Positions 37,566 through 49,573 of a DNA stretch of 64,000 bases are shown here, piece by piece. Both the position numbers and the translations under genes were made by a program. Position 1 is the first letter of the stretch. Every line of letters begins with the position of its first letter. This DNA is from Podarcis pityusensis. Lineage: Eukaryota. The stretch lies in the NCBI GenBank assembly GCA_964106645.2, contig OZ067039.1, one strand, 5' to 3'. The notes below the pieces were generated by a model, which saw only the letters and a list, made by a program, of their open reading frames with translations, was not told where the DNA came from and made no database searches.

Positions 37566-37970
37566 TCACAGGGCAGTTGACAACATAAGGAAAGGACTAT
37601 CAATTAAACAAAAAAGCCCAGATATTTGGTCATGTGTATCCACTGTGAGACAGACAGTTTCTTTTCATACAAATTCAATTTATTATTTAGCATGAGCAAC
37701 AGACTGCTTTTGCCAAAGGTCACTGAACATAGCATCCTGAAGCAGTGTGCTGTGCCTCTAGCATCTCTGCTGAGGCCTGTGGCGCTCTCTCAAGTACAGA
37801 TTTCATCTGCAAACATTTAATGGTATGTTCCCCCAGTATAGGTGTCCTTCCACTCCTTATTTTTTCAAGAGCACCCTTATTTCTTTCCATGACACACTGG
37901 ATTCATCATTTCCCGACACCCAGCCCAACAACATTTGACCATCCTACATAACCCTCTGTAGTTTCCTTAC

Positions 37971-38155
37971 CTTAATGGTCTGAGAGTTCGCAGTAGCCTC
38001 AAGACTCTTAGCATTCCAAGGATTTTTGTGCCGCTATCGGAAACCATCGAAACCAGGATGTCAGCCACTGAGATGAGAACCAACACCCCATCCAGCACAT
38101 TCCAACTACTTCTCAAGTATGCCTTCTCACCAAAGCACAAGCCTAACGCCACCAC
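37971..38155 (-). CDS. CACNA1G: CACNA1G exon 21 (185 nt, domain III S3-S4)
   Basis: ttgacag|GTGGTG...ATTAAG|gtaagg; [23 protein letters not shown]...[14 protein letters not shown], with S4 arginines at every third residue; phase 0/2. Confidence 0.96.
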
Positions 38156-39284
38156 CTGTCAAGATGTCAAAATTGCAACAAAAGATGACGACTTGAGTCA
38201 ATATGTTGAATGCATTATTTACAGATATGAGACTGCAAATACATTGGCTTCCCAGTTATAGAAACACAACTAAGCCAATCCTGCAAAGTGTTATAATGTA
38301 AGGTTCGTAAAAAATAACTATGCAGAAACATCCCAGATTGTGCCTTTAACAGCTGATGTATTTTTAATGCAGTTAAAACCTAATTGCGCAAAAGTGTCTG
38401 CAATAATGTATAGAAATTACATAAAAGAATGGAACACACGATTAATATTTTCTTACAGCTGACTGCAGATATAAATGGTTGGAAGCTGCTGACCATATGC
38501 TATCCTGAGCCACAAGGCTTTCAAACAATTTTCAGGTGCAACAAGGTCACCACAACAACTAAAATGAATCATTTGAGAGGTTGCTAATTTCACACACGCT
38601 AGCTTTGTTGGAAGCACTTATTCCTACACACTGGTGGGAAAGGGTGACATCCCCACCAATTCCCAGCAAGTTAGAAAGTTTCAGCCGAGCATTTAAAACT
38701 CTGGCCTTTTCAGAGGCAAGCAGGTCTGAATGGTAAATCTCTTAAAAGAGCATATAGCAGATACAAACTGAGATGTCGAAAATGAGCCCTTGTGGAATGT
38801 GCTTGGTCTTCATTTAGGTTACATGGCAAGCTGCTGCACAGGGTCTCAGTTCTGTGGTTCATAAGGTCAACAGATGGGAGAACACACTCCACTAGCCAAC
38901 CTCGGTTAACAGGGATGGGGAACTTGTGGCTCCCCATGTTGCTTGATTCCAATTCCCATCAGGCCAGCCAAGCATGGCCAAGGAAAAGGGATGGTGGAAA
39001 CTGTAGTCCAGCACCATCTGGAGCATCACTGGTTTCTATTCTTGCTCTATTAGCTGCTACAAACATGTAGCTTAATTGTTTAGAACTCAATGAGTGCATA
39101 TGAGTTCCAAACACTCTCAGAGGTTTTGCATGTGCATGCTGGGATGTCCCAGTAGGGAAGCCCGTTTTCATAGGACATGTGCATACTGGCATAGAGCTTA
39201 TACTGATGAAATGAGTTCAGTAGGTAGGAAATATGTGTTTCATGAGGGTTCAGGATGAGGCCAAAAGGCCAAAGGGTAATTTAC

Positions 39285-39353
39285 CTTGATGGTCATTTCA
39301 GCCAGGAAGATTGCTGTGAAAATATAGTTGGAGAGTGTGAGGAAAATTCGTTC
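39285..39353 (-). CDS. CACNA1G: CACNA1G exon 20 (69 nt, domain III S2)
   Basis: taaatag|GAACGA...ATCAAG|gtaaat; [23 protein letters not shown]; phase 0/0. Confidence 0.94.
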
Positions 39354-39567
39354 CTATTTAAAAAGAGAGAGAGAGAGATGCAATATTTTAATCTCATTTG
39401 CCAAGCTGTGCATATTTACATACCTGGGAGCTGCTAAATGGTTTCTTGCTTTCATACAGAAATACCCACAACGTTTGCTATCAAAGAAGAAACAAGTCCA
39501 AATATGTACAGGATAACATTTAATTTCATGAACGCCCCTTTGCTTTTTCTTATGCACTTTTATCTGT

Positions 39568-39588
39568 GTTAGTACCATGGACAGCTGC
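39568..39588 (+). promoter_or_regulatory. Candidate RE1/NRSE (REST site)
   Basis: gttagtaccatggacagctgc versus consensus TTCAGCACCAtGGACAGcgcC; core AG-ACC..GGACAG intact. Confidence 0.35.
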
Positions 39589-40142
39589 TGGCTCTCTTAT
39601 ACACTGAGGTGGGATACGCACTGCAAATCATTTTCCCGCAGTACAATCTCACATCTTTCTCTATATTCCTAGAATGAGCAGTGACATCTTTTTATTTGTA
39701 CTAAGAATTCGAGAATACATGGAAGTGCCTGATAGAAAGTGGAAGGCACCAGAAATAGTGTGTGTTGTGTGGGGCTGTTGTGCATCCCAGGTAAAGTTCA
39801 GGACATATTAAATACATTGCTGAGAGTCTTGGTACCATCCTTGCTTTACAAACAAGCTGAGCACCAGCTTTCTGGAGGTAGGCATGCAAAGAATTCTTGC
39901 AAGGGGAGGAAAATCTAGATCCCACCCTCCTATCTGCCACATTACCACAGCTGTCCACCTCAGTTTCCTCTATGACTGCTGTTCGTGCAGAGCTGGGTTT
40001 CCTAATCCACATGTGTGAAGGGAATCTGAAAGATGTGTGAGTATCCTTTTTCTTTTGACCCAAGTCCTGTGAATTTTCTTCCTTTCTCTACATTTAAGGT
40101 GTAGTTCAGGAGAGTCAATGCAGTGAGAACAGAAACAGATTT

Positions 40143-40308
40143 NNNNNNNNNNNNNNNNNNNNNNNNNNNNNNNNNNNNNNNNNNNNNNNNNNNNNNNNNN
40201 NNNNNNNNNNNNNNNNNNNNNNNNNNNNNNNNNNNNNNNNNNNNNNNNNNNNNNNNNNNNNNNNNNNNNNNNNNNNNNNNNNNNNNNNNNNNNNNNNNNN
40301 NNNNNNNN
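40143..40308. other. Assembly gap (166 N)
   Basis: Run of N. Confidence 1.
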
Positions 40309-40526
40309 AATAGACCACAAGGGCCATCGAGTCCAACCCCCTGCCAAGCAGGAAACACCATCAGAGCACTCCTGACATATGGTTGTCAAGCCTCTGCTTA
40401 AAGACCTCCAAAGAAGGAGACTCCACCACACTCCTTGGCAGCAAATTCCACTGTCGAACAGCTCTTACTGTCAGGAAGTTCTTCCTAATGTTTAGGTGGA
40501 ATCTTCTTTCTTGTAGTTTGGATCCA
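40309..40526 (-). mobile_element. CR1 LINE 3' fragment abutting the gap
   Basis: Reverse of the CR1 end: aacattaggaagaacttcctgacagtaagagctgttcgacagtggaa...ggagtctccttctttggaggtctttaagcagaggcttgaca...gggggttggactcgatggcc. Confidence 0.85.
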
Positions 40527-40579
40527 TCTATCTATCTATATCTATCATCTCTGCTAATTTATGGGAAATTATAGGAGTA

Positions 40580-40797
40580 CAGTGGTATCTCGGGTTACAT
40601 ACGCTTCAGGTTACAGACTCCAATAACCCAGAAATAGTACCTCGGGTTAAGAACTTTGCTTCAGGATGAGAACAGAAATCGCACGACGACAGCAGCGGGA
40701 GGTCCCATTAGCTAAAGTGGTGCTTCAGGTTAAGAACAGTTTCAGGATAAGAACGCACCTCCAGAACGAATTAAGTACTTAACCTGAGGTACCACTG
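40580..40797 (-). mobile_element. Tc1/mariner MITE, same family as 3798-4266, opposite orientation
   Basis: TA|cagtggtatctcgggttac ... taacctgaggtaccactg|TA; its reverse complement aligns closely to copy 2. Confidence 0.88.
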
Positions 40798-43700
40798 TAA
40801 TATGAAATGAAACAAATAAAAACAATGCAAGTTTCAAGCAGTATCAACCCAGGGTCCACACTTGGGTTACCTTTGAGCACATGAGGCCAACCTACTCATT
40901 TCCAGCAATGTACACAGCTGAACCTCAATTAGCAATGAACACAGAAACAAACCTCGTCCTTTTTCTAATTCAGTCTTCCTCAAACCTGGTACCCTCCAGA
41001 TGTTTTGGATTCTAACTCTCTCTTCCACGGTAGCCAGCATGGTAAGAGATGATGGGAGCTGAACTTCAAAACATTAGGAAGGCACCAGGTAGGGGAAGGC
41101 TGATATAGCTGTCTAAAGTTGTCTGTGACCTTCAGGGGAATTATATATATCCCTCTTGGTGGTCTCTACCTCCCCAGTGCGAAATGCTGAACCCTGAATA
41201 TTCGGAAACATGATAGTACCAAAAGCTATTACTTATGCAAGGTACACCTTAATGGCCATGTTATTGGGAAACTCCACAGCAACCAAAATTTGTTAGCATT
41301 TAGCTATTACATACCACTGCATTACAGTCCTTATCTAATTCATTTTTCATAAAAACCTCCAGTCATTGTGCTCCACATTTCCCCAAAGGGTACCTGTGGG
41401 AAATCCAAGCCTAACCTGACATCCCTATAGCTTAGCCAAAGTCCATAGGTTCCCCAGGGGTGGCTAAGGGTCCTCTCTGGATCACATTTACAAATGATCA
41501 CAGAAGCAGCCAGTGGAAAAGAGATTTTGCAATGATAATAATTAAAGACATCACACTTCAGACTAATCTCTTTGCAATCTCTGATTATGCTGAGGAAGAA
41601 GACGAGGCCTCTAAGATAAGAATGCTGTTCAAAACTCAAAACATGATAGATCGTGATGTGTGGAGAATGACTCGGGAATCAGTTAATAGCCACTTTTCCA
41701 GACTGGCCTCTGTAATTAATCAAATCTTGCAGGTTCCTGCTGTGACCACACAAGTTTCTTCACCAGGAAAACATTCCCTGCCTTCTTCGGAGTACTGCAC
41801 AAAAGATGGGTCTCTACAAGGTCAGCAAGCATGCCATGCAGACGAGCTGCTGGAGGACTGGATAAGGTCCTGCTTTAAGGGCTGCAGATAAAATATTAAT
41901 AGCAGTCAGAAAAGGTTTGGAATATTAGACTCCTTCGCGTGAAGCATGCAGCAATTTTACAGTGTAATCTCTGCAGACCACAGAGAGAATTCTCAGAAAG
42001 GGATTGCACATTGTCTAGAGGCAGTGCTCCCTCCCTCCCCCACTGCAGTGACAGGCTGGCTGGATCTGGGACAGCAAGAGAACCGGCTTGAGGCGGTTAG
42101 AAAATCCACATCTCTGGAAGGCAAAGAATAATTGTTAGAGACGACTGAAGCTCAAGTAATATCTATTTTGGTTTCTAGGCAAGAAGTCTGTTCCATGGAG
42201 AAGTTAGTATATGAGCCCCGACTCCCTTTAGGGGGTTTTACACTGCCCCCCACTCCCAACACCAATGTAGAGGACTACTGAAATCCTTTGCAAGCCCATG
42301 ATTCATGGTCCAGCTCTCTTCTATCTTGTCTGAGCTGGTCACTTTTAATCCAAAATTTATTCAGTTTTCTCACACTTGAATTCAAAGACTATCCTTCTAC
42401 ACATAAGAAGAGCCCTGCTGGTCTACACATAACACAAGAAGAGGTCCGTCTCGACCAGCATCCTGTTCTTACAGTGGCCATTAAAATGCCTACAGGAAGC
42501 CAGCCCCTCAGTGAAACAGCGACCTCCCAACTTGTACTATCCAGCAACACTGCTTTCGACAGTGGAGACCCAACATAGCCATCATGGCTAGTAGCCATGG
42601 ACAGCCTTATCCTCCATGAACTTGAGAACAAATTCTGAGCAAAAGCTTCAGCTGCTTCTCTGTTCCTCAGCTTCAGGGACATGTCTTTCTCCACCCCACC
42701 CCCTGTTTCCCATTTAATCTTCCTGGTTGCTCTACTTGACACTTCTGATCAACACCAGCCCCACTTCAAAATCTTTTTCCATGCCCATCTTTTATCCTCA
42801 CATTTCCTGTGTCCCCCAGATCTAAGCCCTTGCTCAGGAGGGGAAGTCACACCCACTGAAATTCCCTCTTCTCCACAACCACTGAAGCTGCAGGAGCCAC
42901 ACACACCCCTGTCCTCTTTGTATCTGGGCCACCTTATTCCCCCCCCCCGAAATAAAATGCCAGTTAAAAGACCTCTGTTCAGTAGTGGATGGAGGGCTGG
43001 GGCAATGGCACCCACCTGGCCTCCAGCTGCCCTCATAGCTTCTGCGTACCAGGACAGAGATGGGGAGGGACAAGGTGGTTGTGAGGTTGGCACAGAGTGA
43101 ATAATACGGTGGGAACACCAGATTGGCTCCACCAGTGCATCAGCACCATGCTGACCTCACCAAGGCCTCATCCCTCCTGCTTTCAGTCCTGGTATATAGC
43201 AGCGATATGGGCGACTGGAGGCCAGGTCAGCACTGCTGTCCCACTTTACTGCCCGCTGCTGCCTGTTTGATATTAAGTGGTTTCTTCTGAATTCTGTGTG
43301 CTGGCAGGCACCATTTTGAAATCCTATGACTATTTACTCTTAAAACGGCTAATTCTTTCATAGGTCCTGCATGCAAAGAACAATTGCTAAATTCAACCAA
43401 ACCAGATGTCAGTTTGTTTCCTAATAACCTCCCTGACAACATGCAATAGAGGGATTTTTTTTTTTTAAGAAAAGCATCTGAAAGTTAATAATGGCCCACA
43501 AGCTCAAAATAGCTCTCGCCCTATCCAAATCACTCATGTAAGAATTGTTTTATAAAGCAAGTTAATGGAGAACAGTGTCAATGATTGCTCGCTCATTAAA
43601 AGAGCGTTTTTACTTTAATAGTTGGAAAGGGATTCATGTGAAGCCCCATTTGACAAAAGTTTGAAAACTCCCAGCCTTAATGAAGAGCACATTTTATTAA

Positions 43701-46409
43701 CTAACTAACACACATGTTCAGTTTCTGTGGGTGGGGGGAGGGGAAGTAAAAAGAAAGAAAAGAAAAAGCAGAAACTTAAATTTGTTTTCATGCCACAGTT
43801 CTTTGTGGGTCACGCAATCATTTAAAACAAAATTATGTGCTTTACCAGTTATGGAAATCTTAGTCGGTGTGAAGTGGCTAAGCTACAAAGGCACACATCT
43901 GGAGGTAGTTCCTTGAAATCTATGGGACACAGATTTTGTGACCCAGAAAAGAGAGAACTTTAGCGGAACACAGGGTGGAATTGCTTCAAAATGCTGTAGT
44001 GCTCCTGATTAGGATTACAGCCGCTCTGTTCCATTCTATTCTCCCTTCCCACTGTCTGCCCACCCTACTCCGGTCAGCATTCTGTGCCCACTGCGCATGC
44101 TGCTGAGTCTTCAGAGTCTTCACTCCCTTTAAAGAATTTTGTACTACTGCAAGCTTTGGGTTTTCTCCTCACCAATCCTGCTGATAACTTCCCTCCTGTG
44201 TGTGAGCTGAGCAGTGCTGTTTTGGCTCCATAAGGAATGATGCTCACAGCCTTAACACTGGAATGTCTTGGGTCTGAAAGCTTGATCTCCAGGGTAGGAC
44301 TAGTTTTTGATGCAGCTGCTTCTAATGACTAACTGCAACGTGTTTTGAAATGACACCCTTTGTGGTAGCTTCATCAACATGGGTTGTAGGGCTGGCCCTA
44401 TCATTAGGCAGGGTGAGGCAACTGCCTAAGGTGGCAGCTGCCCTGGGGAAGCATTATCATCTTGTGACTTTCCTTCCTGAGCCTCGAGCCATTTTGTTCT
44501 GTTGCTACATGACCTGTTCTGGACCAGCTACTCTGCCATGCTACTCTCCAGTGTGGTAGTAGATGTCATCTGGTCACCAGTGTTAAAAGTAAGATTCAAC
44601 AATCAATTTATCTGGCTTTCAGTTGTGGAATTTGGAGGGGCACCATCTTATCCTTTGCTCCAGGTAGCAAAATATCTGGCCCTGGTGGTTTGGGTATGAA
44701 AACCGAAAATTTATTTTAACCTCTTGCTTGTTTTGTGACACCAGTTGGACTCCTAACAGACATTCGTCCATGACAATAAAACCTTTCATTTGTTCATCAG
44801 CCAAACATGCCGTTAAGTTGTATGGATGGCTTCAATTCCAAACCCAGAAATTTCAGTTGCTGGTACTTTGACTTTAAAGCATTTCAATAACTAAAACTGT
44901 CATTTCTTATTCAAATTTAATAGAACTCCAGAGCATTCAAATGGGTGCATTTAATCTAACTTGCCAAGTTTGAATTTACTGGTATATTCTGTTTTTAATT
45001 CAATATAGCCCAACTAAGATGTCTGAAACTGACACCAGTTCCTTGATGGTTTGAATTTCAGTAATTTGAATGGATTTGACCATTTGAAAAATACTCTTTG
45101 CTTTCAGCTCTCATTTTAAGCTAAGGGAAGATGATTCTAGAGGGGTGCAGCCTGAATAGCATTTGACAATGTTACAGAAGCCCCCCAACTGTTGTGTGTT
45201 TTGTTTATCAGCCCCTCTTTTTGCCTCTCTGAAGCTGCAGATCCTAAGCATGCTCACCAGGATGCAATACCATTGAATTCAGTGGGGCGTATGTCCAAGC
45301 AAACATGCATAGGATCAGGTGGTAAGAAAGTGAAATAAAATAATAGAACTGTCAGTTTAATGTGCTTTATCTGGTTAGAATCTGATTGACAGACACTGTT
45401 GCTATGAAGATCTGATTGGAAAAAAACCCAATTATGCAAATCTATCAAAACAAATGTTGCAGGGAATCAGAATGAAGATGTTTGTTCCTATCAAAACAAA
45501 GAGGAGAAAAAGAAGTGCAAAAAAGAGCTATTCCTTTCCTTCCTCTGTGCTGTGCCCCCAACAAATGCCAATGCAGAACAGATGGAAAGGACCAAAACCC
45601 AACATTACACCAAGAAAGCAAAAGCATTTGAAAGTTTATTGAAGAAGAAAACTGTGACAGATGCCATAGCTGTGTCAAGTATTAAAACAAGCTGATTCTG
45701 CCTTGGGAAATAGGATGCCAAAAAAGAAAAAAAGGGGATGTTCTTACTTTGATGCCTTTGGCACATGGCTGTTGCTCTTGGATATTGCAGAGTGGAATAA
45801 AAGACAGCTTGACGGGGCAAAAGCAAGGAAAGCCCCTTTGCACCCACTGCTGGGAAGGGGCATTTATTGCTCAAAGTAACAGCATGCAGGTGAAGAACTA
45901 AAAAAAGAATAAGCCACAGCCAGTGATAAACTGATGAGACCTTGTCTTCTGTTATAAACTACAATGCTTAAACCCAAGAGCAGAGCACGGCAGCAGGACA
46001 AGCAGCAGCAAATTCCACATAAATGCAAATCTGGAGGTCAGCTGTGCATCTGTAATGGCCAGATGTGCCAGGCAGCCGACGAACAGGATTTGCCAAGGAG
46101 GGAATTGAAGGCAGTTTTACCTTAGCACTGAAAGTAGAAGTTTGGTGCCAATGTTGCTTAGATACTAGCACTGCTTGTGTGCTTGCTTCTGTGACCCCAT
46201 AATGCCTGCTCAAATATGTACAGTTGTACGGTGAGGGGTGGAAACATATTATTAGGATGACACGATGTCTCTAGCCCCCTCTCCTCCTAAAAAAGCTTAT
46301 CTTAGGAAGGCTGCCATGAATTTCTCAACACGTGGAGGAATAGCAGAAGTGAAGCAAAGTATGAGTATTTGAAAACACTCATCCCTATAAATGTGTGAAA
46401 CAGTCATAT

Positions 46410-47170
46410 TAGAAGGGCAACAAAGAGTCTTGTGCATTGAAGACCAATACATTTTTATTACAGCAAATGATTCCGTGAACTAGAACCCACCTCATCAGAT
46501 GCATGGAGTGTAAGCTTTATTTTGATTCATTTATTCATACAATAAATTTAAATTATGTCCTTTGTCATAAACAATGAAGTTATCAAATAACTATTCTGCA
46601 TTTAATTAAGTCAATAATGAAATATTAATAAATATTTATTATGTAGCTACAAAAACTGCAAAACACAATGTGTTAGAACTAGTACAAAAATCTATCCTAA
46701 GCCAACAGCAGAAAGCAGTTCTGCCATTACAGTTGGGCAACACTGATCAAGCACTACCAAGTGCCCTGAAGAGGTATGTCTTCATTTGGCATCAAATTCC
46801 ATACAAAGTAGATACCAGATACATTTCTGATGGGAGGGAGTTCCATATACCGTAGGTTGGGTGCCACTACAGAAAAGGCCCTATCTTGAGTTGTTGTCTT
46901 ATATACCAATATAGATGGATCTCCAGAAAGGTTTCTCCTACAAATTTCATGGCCATGTTCATAAAGGGAGAGGTACTCCTTTACATTAGGTATGTAATTA
47001 TATATACATACTGTGTAAGGGGGAAAATATGTACATAACTAAGTTAAAGCTAGAGACATATGGCAATAGAATGCAGAAAGTACTTCCTGTGACAATTCAA
47101 TCAGAGTGATGCATCCAATGAAGTGGGCTCTAGTCAGTGAAAGGCTTTATGGTGCCACAAGCCTCTTAAG
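46410..47170. mobile_element. Two inverted Penelope-like end fragments (~46410-46505 and ~47108-47168) around an L2 remnant (~46760-46985, minus strand)
   Basis: actagaacccacctcatcagatgcat versus atgcatccaatgaagtgggctctagt are reverse-similar; ggtgccacaag motif; L2-like ggagggagttcca...tgccactacagaaaaggccct. Confidence 0.5.
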
Positions 47171-47577
47171 GTTGCATAAAGCAAAATTCTGCAAGTGATG
47201 TTGAAAAAGGAAGTTTTCTCCTTGAGGAACTGTATTCATTCTTCCAGTGTTACTTTTTCGTGATGTTACAAAAGCTACAGGGAAACTGCAGCAGACTTCA
47301 GGCTGTTCATGAAATAGAATCATCTCTAGATCACCAAAGAGAGAGGGTGTGCTGAGGTGATTGCCCACAGGTGCTTTGATCTCTTGGTAAAACTAGTACA
47401 AGACCCAGTATTTTAACTTAAATGCATGCATTCACCTTTAACCAGCTGAGATTAGCCCCCTCCCAACACCATGGCTAAAGAGACTGAAGGCAAGAGCAGA
47501 CATTGCTAAGAATACAGCTTGATTTGCTCAGCAAGCTGGTAACCATCAGGAAGCAATGAGGCTTGGCGACTACTCAC

Positions 47578-47701
47578 AGCACTGTGTGGCTCAATTTTGG
47601 GACGTTCCATCGCAATGGTGATGCAATTCAGAAAGATGATTACCAAGACGACATGATCAAACATCTTGTGAGTAATTATTTTATTGCATATCACACGGAA
47701 T
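47578..47701 (-). CDS. CACNA1G: CACNA1G exon 19 (124 nt, domain III S1)
   Basis: ttcctag|ATTCCG...AGTGCT|gtgagt; [41 protein letters not shown]; phase 2/0. Confidence 0.95.
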
Positions 47702-49031
47702 CTAGGAAAGGGAAGAGGAAAAGACGACTTAGGAATTAGTTGTCATCACAAGCCTTAAGCATGCAGACTGCCATTTCTTTCTAAACCAAATGTCTGAAAC
47801 AATCCCCTCTGCCCCAGCCCCACTCTTGGGAAACTGATTCCCCACTCTTACACATTTCTTTCATTAGAATATAACTGCAGATATTTCAAATTGTTCAGGA
47901 ACAGAGATTTATTGGCATAATTTTTCTCTCAAACTTTTCCCAGCAAAGCTTATTTCAAGGCATCTCACTCTCAGAAAGATCTTCTGTTGGGAACATCACA
48001 CTTTTTTTTTAGTTGTTTGTTATACCTTATTATTATCATCCCAAAATTACATGCCTGAGTAAACTGCTAGTGTGCCACAAGGAATGTACCAATCAATCAG
48101 TCAATGAATCAATGAATAGCTCTTGTGAGTTCATAGAGGAGGCTGTCTGCTGTGGCTCTGTACAGTTCACCACTCTCGCCTGGACTCCCTTCTACTTGGC
48201 CTCTGCTGGAGATGGCTAATCAGTTTGGCAGTGTTTCTGCATTGGGTGCAATAGGATTATTAATGAGCTTCTGATGTGTAGTGTGTGCTGCTGAATGACT
48301 TACTGCAGAAGAGGCTGCCCACCGTGTGCCTGAATGCATCACTGCTCTAGACTTGCCTAGTCAAAGACATGGCCAGATTAACCAACCATGCAGAAATGTG
48401 TGTCTGTGTGTGTTTTCTGAGGTCAGGAAGTGTAATTTGTACCCTTACACATTCAAAAAGCAAATCTTTCAGGTACACATGTGAAGATAGGGTAGCAACT
48501 GAGAGTATGAGAGGCCAATGGGCAAAGTAAAAATAAGGGGTGGTATTCAAACAATTATACTTACTGAAATCACATTAAAATCACTACTGCTACCAGTCCC
48601 AAAATGTATGGCTGATGCTACAGAGGTACTGCAGGGAGGAGACCTTGCATCTATCTAATGCAGAATTCCTTACTAGTTGACTTATAAAACAACAACATCG
48701 TGAGGGTTTATTGAGTAGAAAGCAGAAAATAGTCACACTTAAGATGGATTTGTTAATAGCAACTGCAGCAAAAATTATAATTATTTTTTTTAAAGCAAAT
48801 GTTTCGGTCTGCAAACACTAATCCCTGCATGTAATCACTTTAGTTTCTCTTGCTGTTGTTTCTGGCTATATGAATGAACGTTAAAGGAACACACTCTTGC
48901 CAGAATGATCTACTCTGACAGGTAGGAGTTTTCCAGGGTTCCATCACTTGGTACCTGATCCTTTTAACTGGAGTTGCCAGAGATCAGGGCATCTTCCACA
49001 TGTAAAACAAGTGCTCTACCTTTGAGCTAGA

Positions 49032-49217
49032 GGGCGGTATCCAACTAACTCATTATGCCAGTGCAAGGATTTCTGCTTATACAATAGAAGTTCCCTGTTA
49101 GTGCCACAAACACTGCCCAAATCTGCTCTGGAGGGTTTGGAGAAACCTCAGAATCTATTTTGTTGCACAAGCAGAAATCCTTGCACTGATGAAACAAGTA
49201 TTAGTTGGATACCACCC
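49032..49217. mobile_element. MITE with long imperfect TIRs
   Basis: gggcggtatccaactaa / ttagttggataccaccc, and inner arms cagtgcaaggatttctgctt / aagcagaaatccttgcactg. Confidence 0.75.
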
Positions 49218-49472
49218 ACTGCCCCTCCACAATGTTGACGGCCAGCAGCTAATGCTACACAATGTAATAATTGATTTCAAGAGGTGCTGGCCGCCATTGG
49301 ACATTAGCACAAGTTCAAATCTTTCAGCTGGCAACATTTTTTTCCAGTTCCCCTTGCAACTGTTAAGTCTGCAGGAATTCTACAACTGCCATGCTCTGCA
49401 AATATTTATTTGAGCACAGAATCCTGGAGCCCTGCCTGCCACAGTGTTATCAATCACACTAAGTTGCCTTAC

Positions 49473-49573
49473 TTAGACTGAGGAGCGAAGATGTAGATAG
49501 ACCAGGAATCTCTTTCTTTGCACCAGGTGGGGAGGCGTGCCCTTATCCAAGCCTTCATACGGTCCTTTTTACT
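49473..49573 (-). CDS. CACNA1G: CACNA1G exon 18 (101 nt)
   Basis: ctttaag|AGTAAA...TCTAA|gtaagg; [33 protein letters not shown]; phase 0/2. Confidence 0.93.

Noticed and set aside
39970-40431. ORFs spanning the N run
   Set aside because: Artefacts of translating the gap and the adjacent CR1 sequence.
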